Shown: positions 9,691 through 20,500 of the stretch, in pieces
How positions within the stretch are numbered: the first letter of the stretch is position 1
Layout: each line of letters starts with the position of its first letter
DNA from: Limnoglobus sp.
GTDB lineage: Bacteria; Planctomycetota; Planctomycetia; Gemmatales; Gemmataceae
DNA: 64,000 nt
Direction of reading: 5' to 3'
Assembly: GCA_043757025.1 (NCBI GenBank)
Contig: JAYVQG010000171.1
Coordinates: 1,833-65,832 of the forward strand
Made by a program: the position numbers and the translations under genes
The notes under the pieces: model-generated
Told to the model about the DNA's origin: nothing
The model's input: only the letters and a program-made list of their open reading frames with translations
Database searches by the model: none

Positions 9691-10668
9691 ATGAAACGCA
9701 TCGTTGCCGTGTGTTGCCTTTTCATTTCGGCGTCGGCGTTCGCCGACGATCCAATCTTCGTTCGAGGTGCGAAACTGACAGTCGAATCGGCTGCCGGTGC
9801 AGGTGGCGAAGGCCCCGCGTGGGATCCCGAACTCGGCTTGTTTTCCAGTGGTAATGGCCACATCAACCGACTGAGCCGCGACGGCAAGAGTTCGATTTTC
9901 CGCAAAGATGCGGGCACGAACGGCTTGCTGTTCGACCGCGATGGCACACTGCTCGCCTGCGAACCCGAGCAACGCCGAATCACGCGCACATCGCGCGATG
10001 GAAAGGTCACCGTGCTGACCGATTCTTTCAATAACAAAAAGTACAACCACACCAACGACCTCACACTCGATTCGCAAAACCGCATCTACTTTTCCGATCC
10101 GCGTTACGGCCCGCGAGAGGACATGCAACAGCGCAACGACAAAAACGAAACGTACGAAGGCGTCTACCGCGTCGACGCCAACGGCACCGTTGCCCGTGTG
10201 ATTGGCCGCGAAGTCGAACGCGCTAACGGCGTGCTGGTGTCGGCGGGCGACAAATATCTGTACGTCGCGGACAATAACAACGACCTCGGCGGCGCGCGGA
10301 AACTCTGGCGATTCGACTTAAAACGCGATGGCAGCGTCGATCTCAAAAGCCAGAAGCTCCTCTACGATTGGGGCAAAGGGCGAGGCCCCGATGGCCTGAA
10401 GCAAGACGCGAAAGGACGCCTCTACGTGGCAGGCGGCCTGAACAAACCGAACCCACCTTCCGAACCCGCCACCGACGTCAAGGGCGGCATCTACGTGCTG
10501 AGTCCCGAAGGCAAATTGCTCGATTTCCTACCCGTGCCGACCGACGAAGTGACGAATTGCGCCTTCGGTGGCGACGACCGCATGTCGCTATATATCACCG
10601 GCGGCGGCACGATCTATCGCATCCGTACGACGACCGCCGGCCACGTCATTTGGCCACTCGCGAAGTAA
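9691..10668 (+). CDS. SMP-30/gluconolactonase/LRE family protein
   Basis: Signal peptide; EGPAW, NDLTLD..IYFSDP, RANG, PDGLKQDAKGRLYVA, TNCAFGG. Confidence 0.92.
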   Translation: MKRIVAVCCLFISASAFADDPIFVRGAKLTVESAAGAGGEGPAWDPELGLFSSGNGHINRLSRDGKSSIFRKDAGTNGLLFDRDGTLLACEPEQRRITRTSRDGKVTVLTDSFNNKKYNHTNDLTLDSQNRIYFSDPRYGPREDMQQRNDKNETYEGVYRVDANGTVARVIGREVERANGVLVSAGDKYLYVADNNNDLGGARKLWRFDLKRDGSVDLKSQKLLYDWGKGRGPDGLKQDAKGRLYVAGGLNKPNPPSEPATDVKGGIYVLSPEGKLLDFLPVPTDEVTNCAFGGDDRMSLYITGGGTIYRIRTTTAGHVIWPLAK

Positions 10669-10744
10669 AGTCAGGTTTCGTATCGGCTACGCTGTCCCCG
10701 GCGGATTCTATAAAATCTCAGGACTTCCTACTGAGGGCTATGTC

Positions 10745-12178
10745 ATGACTGAACCGACGCCGCTTGCCAATTACCAATCGTACAAGAACCTGCCGCCGCT
10801 GGCGGGGCTATGCACGATTGAGGACGCGATTCAACCGGGGTTGTCGGTCGAGGAATGCGTGCGGCGATTGAAGCGATTCCACTATTGTTTCGTGCGATTG
10901 CACGCGATTTTGACGGCGCGAATCACGGCGGAGCCGATCTACGAATTGAAGATGGCGTACTCGCACCATGCGTATTTGTGTGCGGAACATGTGACGGCAT
11001 TCCGGCAGCGCATCTCCGAGATGCGCGAACCGCCGCTCGGCCTCGAAGTCGTGCCGCACCCGGCGCTCGAAGCCTTTTTCGACGAAATTCGCAACGCGCC
11101 CAGCACCGAAGAGATCCTGTTCGGCATCTACTCGCGGGCCGTCCCGGCACTCCTCGAAGCGTGCGAACGCTACATTCGCGATACGCACCCGCTCGCCGAT
11201 GCACCCTCGCGGCGCATCTTACGGTTCGCGCGGCTCGAACTGTGCGACCTCATCGAGTTCGGCCAACCGGCCGTCGTCGAGTTGCCGCTCGCGAACTCGA
11301 CTGCGTGGAACACGTTGCTCGAAAATCTGCTCGAAATCGCGGGCGGCGTCGATGGTCGGAATCCCGTCGATGAGCCGAACCTCCCGCGTATCCATTCGAA
11401 TAGTACTTACACGTACGATCCGATACCGAAACGCGACGAGCGTTTCCAGGATTTATGGAACCAGGGCGTGAATGCGGAGGCGTTCCTTTATTCAAAGGCG
11501 TATCCGCCGAGCGCCAAGGCTCTGATGATGATGTACAAACGCATTCGCGAAATTGATGTGCCCGAGATGATGGCGAGCATCATCGTGCAGACCTCCGGCA
11601 AGCCGTGGAATTACTACCGCGATATGTCGCGTCAACTCTGGGACGAAGCCCGCCACGCGATGATGGGCGAAGTCGGCTTCGTGGCACTCGGCGTCGACTG
11701 GACGCAAGCCCGCATCACCTACAACTGGTCGTACCGGTTGAACACCGAATGCACGCCGCAAGAGCGCCACGCGGTGCTGTTCTTCATCGAGCAAGGACTG
11801 ATGCCGAAGAGCGGAAAACGCTACGAATACGAAGTGGCGCACGAATCCGGCGTGCCGATCATGGGTACGATTCAGGACTTCGACTGGGCGGACGAAGTGC
11901 TGCACAGCCAGATCGGGCGGCAGTGGCTGGTGCCCGAATACGGCGGGTTGCTATCCGCGATGAAGTACGGCGACGAATGTTGGAGCCGCATCCTCAGCAA
12001 CTGGGCGACGGTCAAGGAAAAGGGCCTGACGGCGCACGAAAACTGGTGGCCCGGAATCTACAAGCAAGCCTGTATCGCCGCGAAACGGGTACCCGAGGCA
12101 CATGTATTGGATTTCGCCGAAACCTACGAAGCGAAGCGCGCCGACATCCATCGCGGCGGGTTGGTCGGCGGCGAGTGA
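10745..12178 (+). CDS. Ferritin-like (carboxylate diiron) domain protein, DUF455-like C-terminal half
   Basis: C-terminal half shows E...DEARH...E...DEVLH ligand spacing; the N-terminal half is helical with AEH. Confidence 0.7.
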   Translation: MTEPTPLANYQSYKNLPPLAGLCTIEDAIQPGLSVEECVRRLKRFHYCFVRLHAILTARITAEPIYELKMAYSHHAYLCAEHVTAFRQRISEMREPPLGLEVVPHPALEAFFDEIRNAPSTEEILFGIYSRAVPALLEACERYIRDTHPLADAPSRRILRFARLELCDLIEFGQPAVVELPLANSTAWNTLLENLLEIAGGVDGRNPVDEPNLPRIHSNSTYTYDPIPKRDERFQDLWNQGVNAEAFLYSKAYPPSAKALMMMYKRIREIDVPEMMASIIVQTSGKPWNYYRDMSRQLWDEARHAMMGEVGFVALGVDWTQARITYNWSYRLNTECTPQERHAVLFFIEQGLMPKSGKRYEYEVAHESGVPIMGTIQDFDWADEVLHSQIGRQWLVPEYGGLLSAMKYGDECWSRILSNWATVKEKGLTAHENWWPGIYKQACIAAKRVPEAHVLDFAETYEAKRADIHRGGLVGGE

Positions 12179-12488
12179 ATAGTAGAATTCGGTTACGTAC
12201 TGAAAACTATTGCCGATCTGTAAGTGGAGTATTTCCACAGCAGATTGGCTTTCATTTTGTAAGCGTGCTAGAAATGCTGGGGTATATGATGTTGTGCCTT
12301 CAATTTAACTGACCGGCGCAAAACCCACAATCGCTCATTTGGGCAGCACCGTACGATTCGGCGTAGACCGGAAAACCCCGGCAAAACTGCGGGACTATTT
12401 CGACAAATTCTTCGCGCAGTTCCTGGACTCCGTTCTAGCATTGGGCAGAGTTACTACTTAGTTTGTCACCACCGCATGGAGCATAACG

Positions 12489-12809
12489 ATGCTCAGCTTG
12501 ACGATACTTTCCCTGACGATCGCTTTGACGCTCGCATCGCTCGCCATCTTGTGCGTCGTGGCGACTCGCGAATCGGTACTCAGCCCGGCAATGGTCAACC
12601 CGTTCTGCACGCCGACCGTCACCGATCCCACCTCCGAGACCATGCCGATCTCAGCGATGGACAATACGCTCGCCGGCGACTGGCAGACGGTCGAACTCTC
12701 GAACCTGTCGCACGTCGAAGACTTGCTGGACAATTTGGAAATTCACAACATCCGCCACAAAGAAGTCGAAATCCTCAGCAATGACAAGTTCGTCGTCCGC
12801 TGGCGTTGA
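12489..12809 (+). CDS. Small hypothetical protein with N-terminal hydrophobic helix
   Basis: GGAG RBS, 106 aa, compact C-terminal domain (WQTVELSNLSHVEDLLD...FVVRWR). Confidence 0.65.
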   Translation: MLSLTILSLTIALTLASLAILCVVATRESVLSPAMVNPFCTPTVTDPTSETMPISAMDNTLAGDWQTVELSNLSHVEDLLDNLEIHNIRHKEVEILSNDKFVVRWR

Positions 12810-12980
12810 GATCGCGAAACGCACGCACAACCATCGGCCCGCGAGGTTACCCTCGCGGGCCGATTGCATTTCCGGGTATCTTCACCGTTCTGCCCTTTTG
12901 TTGTTGCCTTACTGCGAGAGGGCTTTTACATTCGCAGATTACCGGAGTGAGTCACGACCGCGAATGCGAATGGAGCCGAC

Positions 12981-14387
12981 ATGCCTGGCGATCTCACGAT
13001 AGCTCAACGACCCGGCGAGAACCGCGTGCGCAGAAAACTCTGCACCATGATGTTCTTGCAGTTCTTCATCTGGGGGGCGTGGTTTGAACTCGGGTTCGAT
13101 TACATCCCCAAGCTCGGTTTTAACGGCGACTGGCAACTCCCGCTGATCTTCGGAGCGTTCAACGTCGGTGCCCTCGTCGCGTTATTCTTCAGTACGCAAT
13201 TTGCCGACCGCAAGTTCGCAGCCGAGAAGTTCCTTGCCTTCAGTCACCTCATCGGTGGGCTGGCGATCCTCGGTTTGTATTTCGTGAAGCCGGAAACCGA
13301 CGCGGCAGGGAAAGTCACCGAGGCGGCGGCGAACGCGGTGTTCTGGCCGTTCTTTTTCCTGATGTTGCTCCACTCCATCTTTTACGTACCGACCGTGTCG
13401 ATCACCAATTCGATCGCCTTCGCGAACCTCCGCAGCCCTTCGACGCAGTTCGGTCCGATTCGCCTTTGGGGTACCATCGGCTGGATCGCAGCGAGTTGGC
13501 CGTTCATTTTCATCCTGATCGACTGGGCAAAAGTGCCCGCGTATAACACGCTTCCATTCTTCGATTGGATCGGCAAAGCGCTCGGCACTTCCGTAGAAGG
13601 AGCCGACGCGATGGATCTCAAGCGATCGATCTTCCTCGTCGCGGGTGTTGCCTCACTGATCCTGGCCGCGTTCAGCCTGACCCTGCCGCACACGCCGCCG
13701 AAACCGGCAGTGAAAGGCGAAGATTCGTTGGCTTGGCTCAAGGCGATGAAGCTGCTGAAAAACCCGTTCGTGGCCGTGCTGTTCCTCGTGACATTCATCG
13801 ATGCCGCCGTACACCAGAGCTTCTTCTACTGGACCTTCACCTTCCTGGGGCCGAAAGCCGATGGTGGCGTCGTGGACATCCCCGCGAACTGGGTCGGGCC
13901 CGTTATGAAGATCGGCCAACTGGCCGAAATCATCACGATGCTGTTCCTCGGCTACGTCCTGAAAAACTTCGGCTGGCGGACGACGATGATCGTCGGAGTA
14001 CTCGGTCATGCCGTCCGATTCGCCGTGTTTGCGTTCTATCCCGAGCAAGTCCCTGCCATTCTCGTCAACGTGATTCACGGCATCTGTTACGCCTTCTTCT
14101 TCGCCACGGTTTACATCTTCGTCGATGAGTTTTTCCCGAAGGATGTGCGAAGTAGTGCTCAGGGGCTGTTCAATGTGTTGATCCTGGGCGTCGGGCCGTT
14201 CGTCGCGAATTTCGCTTGCGGCATCCTCAAGACGCAAAACACAACCAAAGACGCACTCGGCAAAGACGTGCTCAATTACCCGGCAGTGTTTCAGGTCTCG
14301 ATGATCGCCGCACTCGTCGGTTCGGTGTTGTTGTTGCTCTTCTTCCACCCGCCGAAGCAGCCAGTTGGCAGCACCGCCCCCCAATAA
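12981..14387 (+). CDS. MFS transporter, nucleoside:H+ symporter (NupG/XapB-like) family
   Basis: MMFLQFFIWGAW, IRLWGTIGWI, GQLAEI, HGICYAFFF, RSSAQGLF; about 12 TM helices. Confidence 0.92.
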   Translation: MPGDLTIAQRPGENRVRRKLCTMMFLQFFIWGAWFELGFDYIPKLGFNGDWQLPLIFGAFNVGALVALFFSTQFADRKFAAEKFLAFSHLIGGLAILGLYFVKPETDAAGKVTEAAANAVFWPFFFLMLLHSIFYVPTVSITNSIAFANLRSPSTQFGPIRLWGTIGWIAASWPFIFILIDWAKVPAYNTLPFFDWIGKALGTSVEGADAMDLKRSIFLVAGVASLILAAFSLTLPHTPPKPAVKGEDSLAWLKAMKLLKNPFVAVLFLVTFIDAAVHQSFFYWTFTFLGPKADGGVVDIPANWVGPVMKIGQLAEIITMLFLGYVLKNFGWRTTMIVGVLGHAVRFAVFAFYPEQVPAILVNVIHGICYAFFFATVYIFVDEFFPKDVRSSAQGLFNVLILGVGPFVANFACGILKTQNTTKDALGKDVLNYPAVFQVSMIAALVGSVLLLLFFHPPKQPVGSTAPQ

Positions 14388-14390
14388 GCT

Positions 14391-14422
14391 AAAAGCCCAG
14401 GGACGATCGTCCCTGGGCTTTT
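14391..14422. repeat. Perfect 32-bp palindrome (REP-like or bidirectional terminator)
   Basis: AAAAGCCCAGGGACGATCGTCCCTGGGCTTTT, 3 nt after the MFS stop; shares AGCCCAGGG with the 4332-4454 element. Confidence 0.85.
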
Positions 14423-14641
14423 CACCGTCGCACGTTCGGTACACCTCGTCGAATCGGCGATGTCGATCGCGCCGATCTGCGGGTACTTGCACAACTTCGC
14501 CAGTCCGGCATCGGTTAGCGTCTCGAATTTGGCGGCCACGCGCGCCTCGGCATTCAGCGACTTGTCGAGCGTCGCCGTGCCTTTGAGGTTCTCGATGGCG
14601 GCGATAGCAAGGCGTTCGTGGGCGGCATCGGCGCGGGGCAT
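14423..14641 (-). pseudogene. 5' fragment of a probable leucine-rich-repeat-type protein gene
   Basis: MPRADAAHERLAIAAIENLKG...LTDAGLAKLCKYPQIGAIDIADSTRCTE resembles the cap plus first repeat of planctomycete LRR proteins; protein-like sequence stops at the palindrome. Confidence 0.5.
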
Positions 14642-14675
14642 GGCATTCTCGCGAAAAGAGGTCGTTCAACGAATA

Positions 14676-14699
14676 AACCCCGGCGATGTCGCCGGGGTT
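14676..14699. repeat. Short inverted repeat
   Basis: AACCCCGGCGA-TG-TCGCCGGGGTT. Confidence 0.75.
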
Positions 14700-14711
14700 C
14701 GGGGTTCTTTT

Positions 14712-14767
14712 GTAGCTGGCCTCTGCGAGGCCGGTCTTCCCGAACCGGGGTCACAGACCCCAGCTAC
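14712..14767. repeat. GTAG-type REP inverted doublet
   Basis: GTAGCTGGCCTCTGCGAGGCCGG (14712-14734) and CCGGGGTCACAGACCCCAGCTAC (14745-14767). Confidence 0.9.
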
Positions 14768-14790
14768 ATAGCCGGAGTTTTCGTCGGCGA

Positions 14791-16950
14791 TTACTTCTTC
14801 ACTTGATCCTTCGGGATGTCGGCGAGTTCGACCGACACGGCCGCGTAGTGGCTGAACTCCATGCTGAAGCTCGCTTGGCCCTTCGTGGCGCTACGCAAGT
14901 CGCTCGTGTAACCGAACAAGTTCGCGAGCGGGATCTTCGCCATCACCTGCGCGACGCCGTTGTCTTCGCTGGTTTCTTCGATCACGCCGCGCTTGCTGCT
15001 GATGTTACCAGCAATCTGGCCCTGGTAGTCCTTCGGCGACACGACCACGACCTTCATGATCGGTTCGAGTAGCTGAATGCCCGCCTTTGTCTCGGCTTCG
15101 CGGAACGCTTCGAGGGCGCACAGGTAGAACGCATCTTGCGAAGAGTCGACGTCGTGCATCTTCCCGAAGTGGAGTTCGAACTCCAGATCGACGAACGGGA
15201 AGGGGTACTTGTACCCCTTCTTCGCCGCTTCGCGGAGGCCTTCCTCGACGCTCGGGATGTACTGCTTGTCGATCGCCCCTTGCGTGATGCTGTTCACGAA
15301 GTAGACGTTGTTCGGGTCGGGCTTGATCTTCGGATCGTTGAGTTCCTCGATTTCCTTGATCTTTTGCTCGACCTCTTCCGGCTTCAACGGCGCGAACTTC
15401 ACCGCGATCACGGCGAACTTGCCGCGGCCACCGGTCTGCTTCTGGAACTTGTATTCGAAGTCCACCGTGCGTGCGAAGCACTGGCGGTACGCCACGCGCG
15501 GCTTACCGAGTTTTACCGAGTCCAAGTCTTCCTGTCGAATGCCGACGGCGCGTTTCAGTTTCTCGATCGAGATTTCCAAGTGAAGCTCGCCCATCCCGCT
15601 GAGGATCGTTTCCTTGGTTTCGTCGTCGGTGTGCGTTTTCAGCGTCGGGTCGTCGCGAACGAGGCGATTGAGTGCCTCGCCGACTTTGCCCGCGTCGAGT
15701 AACTTGGAGAACGTCAGTGCCTGCGCGATCACCGGCTTCGGGAACTGGATCGCTTCGAGCGCGACGGGACTATCCGGGTCGCTGAGCGTGTTCCCGGTGA
15801 ACGTATCCGCGAGGCCCATTGCCGCGACGATGTCGCCAGGGCCAGCCTTTTCGAGCGAGATCCGCTTGTCGCCCATCATGCGGTAGAAGCGTGCGATCCG
15901 TTCCTTCTTGCCCGTGGTGGTGTTCAGGTAGTTCTCCCCCGGTCGCAGTTCGCCGGAGTACACGCGAATGTACACGAGGTCGCCGTTCGTTTCGGCAACG
16001 GTTTTGAACGCCAACGCCGACAGCGGCTGCGACGGGTCCGGCGTGCGAATGACGACTTCCTTCGTCTTCGGGTGCGTCGCCACGATCGGCGGGCGCTCGG
16101 TCGGGTTCGGCAGACAGTCGACGACGAGGTCGAGCAGATGCTGCACGCCGTGATAATGCTTCGAGCTACCGCAGTGGACCGGCGTGAACAAGTTATCGAG
16201 CGTCCCCTTGCGAAGCGCTTTGCGAATGAGGTCATCCGAGACCTCTCTGCCTTCGAGCACCGCTTCCGTGACTTCATCCGAAGCGATCGAGATGCCATCG
16301 AGCATCTGTTCGCGGCGCTTCTGCGCCTCGGCCAGGTACTTTTCCGGTACGGGGACGGTGAAGAACTTGCGGAACGTTTTGTCCGTGAGGTCGCGCGTGA
16401 TCAGTTCCATCTTGATCAGGTCGATGATGCCTTCGAGCGCTTCATCTTGACCCGCCGGGATGGTGACGACCACGGGGTTCGCACGCAGCTTGGTTTTCAT
16501 CTGCTCGACGCAGGCCCAGAAGTTCGCGCCCATGCGGTCGAGCTTGTTGACGTACGCCAACCGCGGCACCTTGTACTTGGTGGCCTGTCGCCAAACAGTT
16601 TCGGACTGCACTTCGACGCCACCCTTGGCGCAGAACACGCCGATTGCGCCGTCGAGGACGCGCAGCGATCGTTCGACTTCGGCAGTGAAGTCGACGTGGC
16701 CGGGGGTGTCGATGATGTTGATGTAGATCGGGTTTTCGTCGCGGTCGGCCCAGTCGATCGACACGGCGGCCGAGTTGATCGTGATCCCCTTCTGGCGCTC
16801 GAGCGGGTCGAAATCCGTAGTGGTATCGCCGTCGTCGACGTCGCCGACTTTGTGTTTGGTGCCGCTGTAGTACAGAATCCGCTCGGTAGTAGTCGTTTTC
16901 CCAGCGTCCACGTGGGCCATAATTCCGATATTGCGTACGTTATCGAGCAT
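14791..16950 (-). CDS. fusA: Elongation factor G paralog A (domain IV tip motifs intact)
   Basis: AHVDAGKTT, DTPGHVDF, NKLD, GMGELHLE, KQTGGRGK, HDVDSS, LLEPIM, LRSATKG. Confidence 0.95.
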   Translation of the reverse strand: MLDNVRNIGIMAHVDAGKTTTTERILYYSGTKHKVGDVDDGDTTTDFDPLERQKGITINSAAVSIDWADRDENPIYINIIDTPGHVDFTAEVERSLRVLDGAIGVFCAKGGVEVQSETVWRQATKYKVPRLAYVNKLDRMGANFWACVEQMKTKLRANPVVVTIPAGQDEALEGIIDLIKMELITRDLTDKTFRKFFTVPVPEKYLAEAQKRREQMLDGISIASDEVTEAVLEGREVSDDLIRKALRKGTLDNLFTPVHCGSSKHYHGVQHLLDLVVDCLPNPTERPPIVATHPKTKEVVIRTPDPSQPLSALAFKTVAETNGDLVYIRVYSGELRPGENYLNTTTGKKERIARFYRMMGDKRISLEKAGPGDIVAAMGLADTFTGNTLSDPDSPVALEAIQFPKPVIAQALTFSKLLDAGKVGEALNRLVRDDPTLKTHTDDETKETILSGMGELHLEISIEKLKRAVGIRQEDLDSVKLGKPRVAYRQCFARTVDFEYKFQKQTGGRGKFAVIAVKFAPLKPEEVEQKIKEIEELNDPKIKPDPNNVYFVNSITQGAIDKQYIPSVEEGLREAAKKGYKYPFPFVDLEFELHFGKMHDVDSSQDAFYLCALEAFREAETKAGIQLLEPIMKVVVVSPKDYQGQIAGNISSKRGVIEETSEDNGVAQVMAKIPLANLFGYTSDLRSATKGQASFSMEFSHYAAVSVELADIPKDQVKK

Positions 16951-17246
16951 CGCGTCGGCCGGTCCGAATAGCGGTCCGGCTCCTTCCAGAAGGAAATCGG
17001 TTGCGAACTCCCGTGGGTCGAACGACCCGAACGGGCGGGAACAAGAGCCACCTGCACCCTAGACTTCGGCAGAAGCCATTTTAATAGGAGCCGAGAGCCG
17101 AACCGGAAGTTCGGCCCACCGCGCAAACCATTAGTAGTCGATCTTATCGGAGAACCGAAAACCGTCCACCGCGCGCGGCGCGAAGGATCGGAGAAGAGAC
17201 GTTCGCGGGGAATTGACAGTAGGTGATCGCTCGCAGCCCGTCCAAT

Positions 17247-17334
17247 TGACTCCAGCACTTACCCACCCACCCATCCGTGGACTCATTCCCGAATTTCGGA
17301 ACCAACCTACCACACCAACGACTTACGTTCGATT
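17247..17334. other. Conserved 88-bp intergenic element, copy 1 (possible cis-regulatory element or small RNA)
   Basis: Aligns by eye at roughly 85% to the reverse complement of 42989-43075; contains the CCGAA-T-TTCGG inverted repeat. Confidence 0.8.
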
Positions 17335-17510
17335 TCGACCGGTCCCGATGTCCACTTGACCAACCCGAATTGTGACGCGTCGGATTGCCTGATTACGAGG
17401 CCGCCCGGATGTTGGCGACAGTCTCCGAACGAAACTTCGCATTTTCCACCGACGCGCCGTGCCGCTTCCCCCAGATAAGATGACGACGGGACCGGGGGAC
17501 GTGCGGAGAG

Positions 17511-20500
17511 GTGCCGATGCCGAATGTCGCGATCCGTGGGGTGCTGGCCCGGCTTTGCCTCGGTTTGGCCGAAGTGCAACCCGATGCGGAGCTATTGGAA
17601 AACTACATCGCCAATCGCGATGAGGCGGCGTTTGCGTTGCTGGTGCAGCGGCATGGGCCGAAGGTGTTTGCGGTTTGTCGGCGGCTGCTCGGGCAGCACC
17701 AGTTGGCGGAAGATGCGTATCAGGCCACGTTCGTGGTGTTGGCGAAGAAAGCCCATACGATTCAACCGCGTTCGGCGGTCGGGGGGTTCCTGTATGGTGT
17801 GGCCCGCAAAGCCGCTCTGGAGGCGTACGCCGTGAGCCGCCGTCGCAAAGAAACGCTCGTCGAAAATGTCCCCGATTCCCCCGCCGCAACGCTCGCGGCT
17901 ACCGATAGCGATGTGCTCGCGATGCTCGATGAGGAGATCGCGAACCTCTCGGACGCCTACCGTGCCGCGGTCGTGTTGTGCGAACTCGATGGCGTCGGTC
18001 GAACGGAAGCAGCACGGCAACTCGGCATTGCCGAAGGCACGCTGTCGAGCCGACTCGCCGCTGCCCGCAAGCAACTCGCAACGCGGCTGAAGGCGCGCGG
18101 CGTCGTCTTCTCCGCCGGGTTAATGTCCTCGCTGGCGCTCTCCGCGAATGCCGCGATCCCGCCCGCATTCGCATCGGCAACGACCGCCGTTTCCCTTATT
18201 GCTACAGGAGTGTTGCGTACCATGTTGCTCGCAAAATTCAAAATCGTCACCACCGTCTGCATACTCGTCACCGCGCTCATCGGCATGAGTTCCTTCGTGC
18301 CAAAATCGAGTATGGAGGCGATCGCCGCGCCGGTGCCAAAAGTGGAGAAAGACGAAGGCTTGTTGTGGACGCAAGACGCGAAGACCGGCACGCTCGCCGC
18401 ATTCACGCTCGACGGCAAGAAAGAACGCGAACTGAAACTCAAGGCAGGGCGCAACTTCCAGGGTATCAGCGCGAACGGCGAAACGCTGTTGTTTCTTGCC
18501 AAGAAGGGTCAACTAACCGAAGACGAAGACGGCCTGACGCTGCACCTCGGCAAACCGAACGATCTCGCGGGGGCCACCGACACGGGCATCGAGTGCAGTG
18601 CGAAAGACCATTTCTACTTCTTGTTGACTCGCGACAAGAAACGGGTGGTGCGCATTCAAAACGCAAGGAACGGCACGGACCCGCCGGTCAACCGGGCCTT
18701 GGGCTTACCTTCATTCAATCACACGCTCATCGACTTGGCGACGAAGAAAGAAACGGCTATCGAACTGACGGACCACATGCAGATCGTCGATGAGACGCAC
18801 GATGGCAAAGAATGGATTGCCATGGAGTATAACACGGGCGAAGACTTGAAACGGCCCGGCAATCGCTACCTACGCATACCCATGAACGGCGGCAAGCCGG
18901 TCCCGATTTGCGACACGCACCAGTTCCCGTTCTTCGTGCCGTCACCCAATGGCGAAACGTATCTCGGCCTCGGTGTGTCGCTCCCACCGAAGGGTGAATT
19001 AAAGGGCTTCACGCTTTACCATTTTAACCCCAAGACGGGCAAAGCCACCGAGCGCGAAGTATTCACTGACACCGAACAGCGTAACGTGATCTGGTCGCCA
19101 GATGGCAAGCGGTTCGCGATGAAGAAACTCGGCGACGCCGATCTGTACATCGGCGACATCGATGGCACGAAACTGACGAAGTCGTTCGCAATCCCGGACG
19201 CAGGGCCAGAGACATACCTGATCGGCTGGTTCGCCGCGAAGCAGAACATTTCTGCCCCAGTGCCGAAGATCGAAATTCCGAAGCAACAAATCCGTATGCC
19301 ATTGCCGAAGGTAAAGCCGCCGGAAGGGGTAATCGTTCTTTCGTCGTTCCGAGTAAAGAACCAAATCGAAATCGTGAAACCCGATGGTGTGTCTTACCGG
19401 ATGCACAACCTCGCAAGAAGCATCATGGAGGCAAAATTGTCGCCCGATGGCAAACGAATGGCATTCGTCGAGATACTCGAACAGAAACCCGTTCTTGTCG
19501 GTCAGAAGCCGAATACAGGATGGGTAGGAATGAATATTTGCTGTTTCGATCTCGATGCGAAAGAACCGGAGGTGCAGACTATTGCCGAGGGCGTACACAA
19601 CGCAGTTCTCTCGTGGGCACCGAATGGCCGTCTTTACTTCTCGCATATCGACCCCGACAAACTCGAAGAATCGCAGAAACCTGGTGTAATCGTGCAATCC
19701 CAAACTTGGTCGTTCGATTTCGCCGCGAAGAAGAAAACGCAAGTCAAACTGCCGTCGGAACAAATCATCTGCGACATCTCGCCAGATGGCAAGTCTCTGC
19801 TCACTCGTACGCTACGCTGGAATACGATGAAGCAATCCCTGTATCGAACGCCGCTCGATACGCTCGAACCCCAAATCGTAATCGACGAACAATATCCTGC
19901 AAATGGTTCTCGATTCTCACCAGATGGCAAGCGAGTGTTGTTGACGAGGGTTACCGGTTCGGTGACAGACGCTTCCGTCAAAGGTGTGTACGTGCTCGAT
20001 TTGGCAACGCGAAAAGAATCGCAGATCCGACTTCCGAAAGAACTGGAAGCATCGGCATTCTACAAAGCGTGCTGGAATCCCGATGGTACGAGGATCGCCA
20101 TCTGCTGGTTCGAGGCGATTCCCCAACCGCGTGGAGCGCCGATACCCATCGCGCCACCGGGCGGTCCCGCACCGCAATGGGCGGCGACCCGCATTACTGT
20201 TTGCGACGCCGATGGAGCCAACGCGAAGACGATTGTGAAGCGGGAATACAACGAGACGATCACGGGGCTTCAATGGGCAGCCGTAACGCTGGAACCGGAA
20301 AAGCCAGGGGAGGAACGCCAGAAAGAGCCGATTTCCGCCCCGGTACCGAAGGGGCGAGAAGAAGTCATCGTTGCGTATCATGCGGGGCGGCCGGTGCTTT
20401 TGAATGAGAATGGCAAGGTGGTTCGCGAACTGTTTGCCGAAGGTTGGGGCGGTTCGACGGGGCGGGCCACACTCAGCCCGGATGGCCGGCAGATCGCGAT

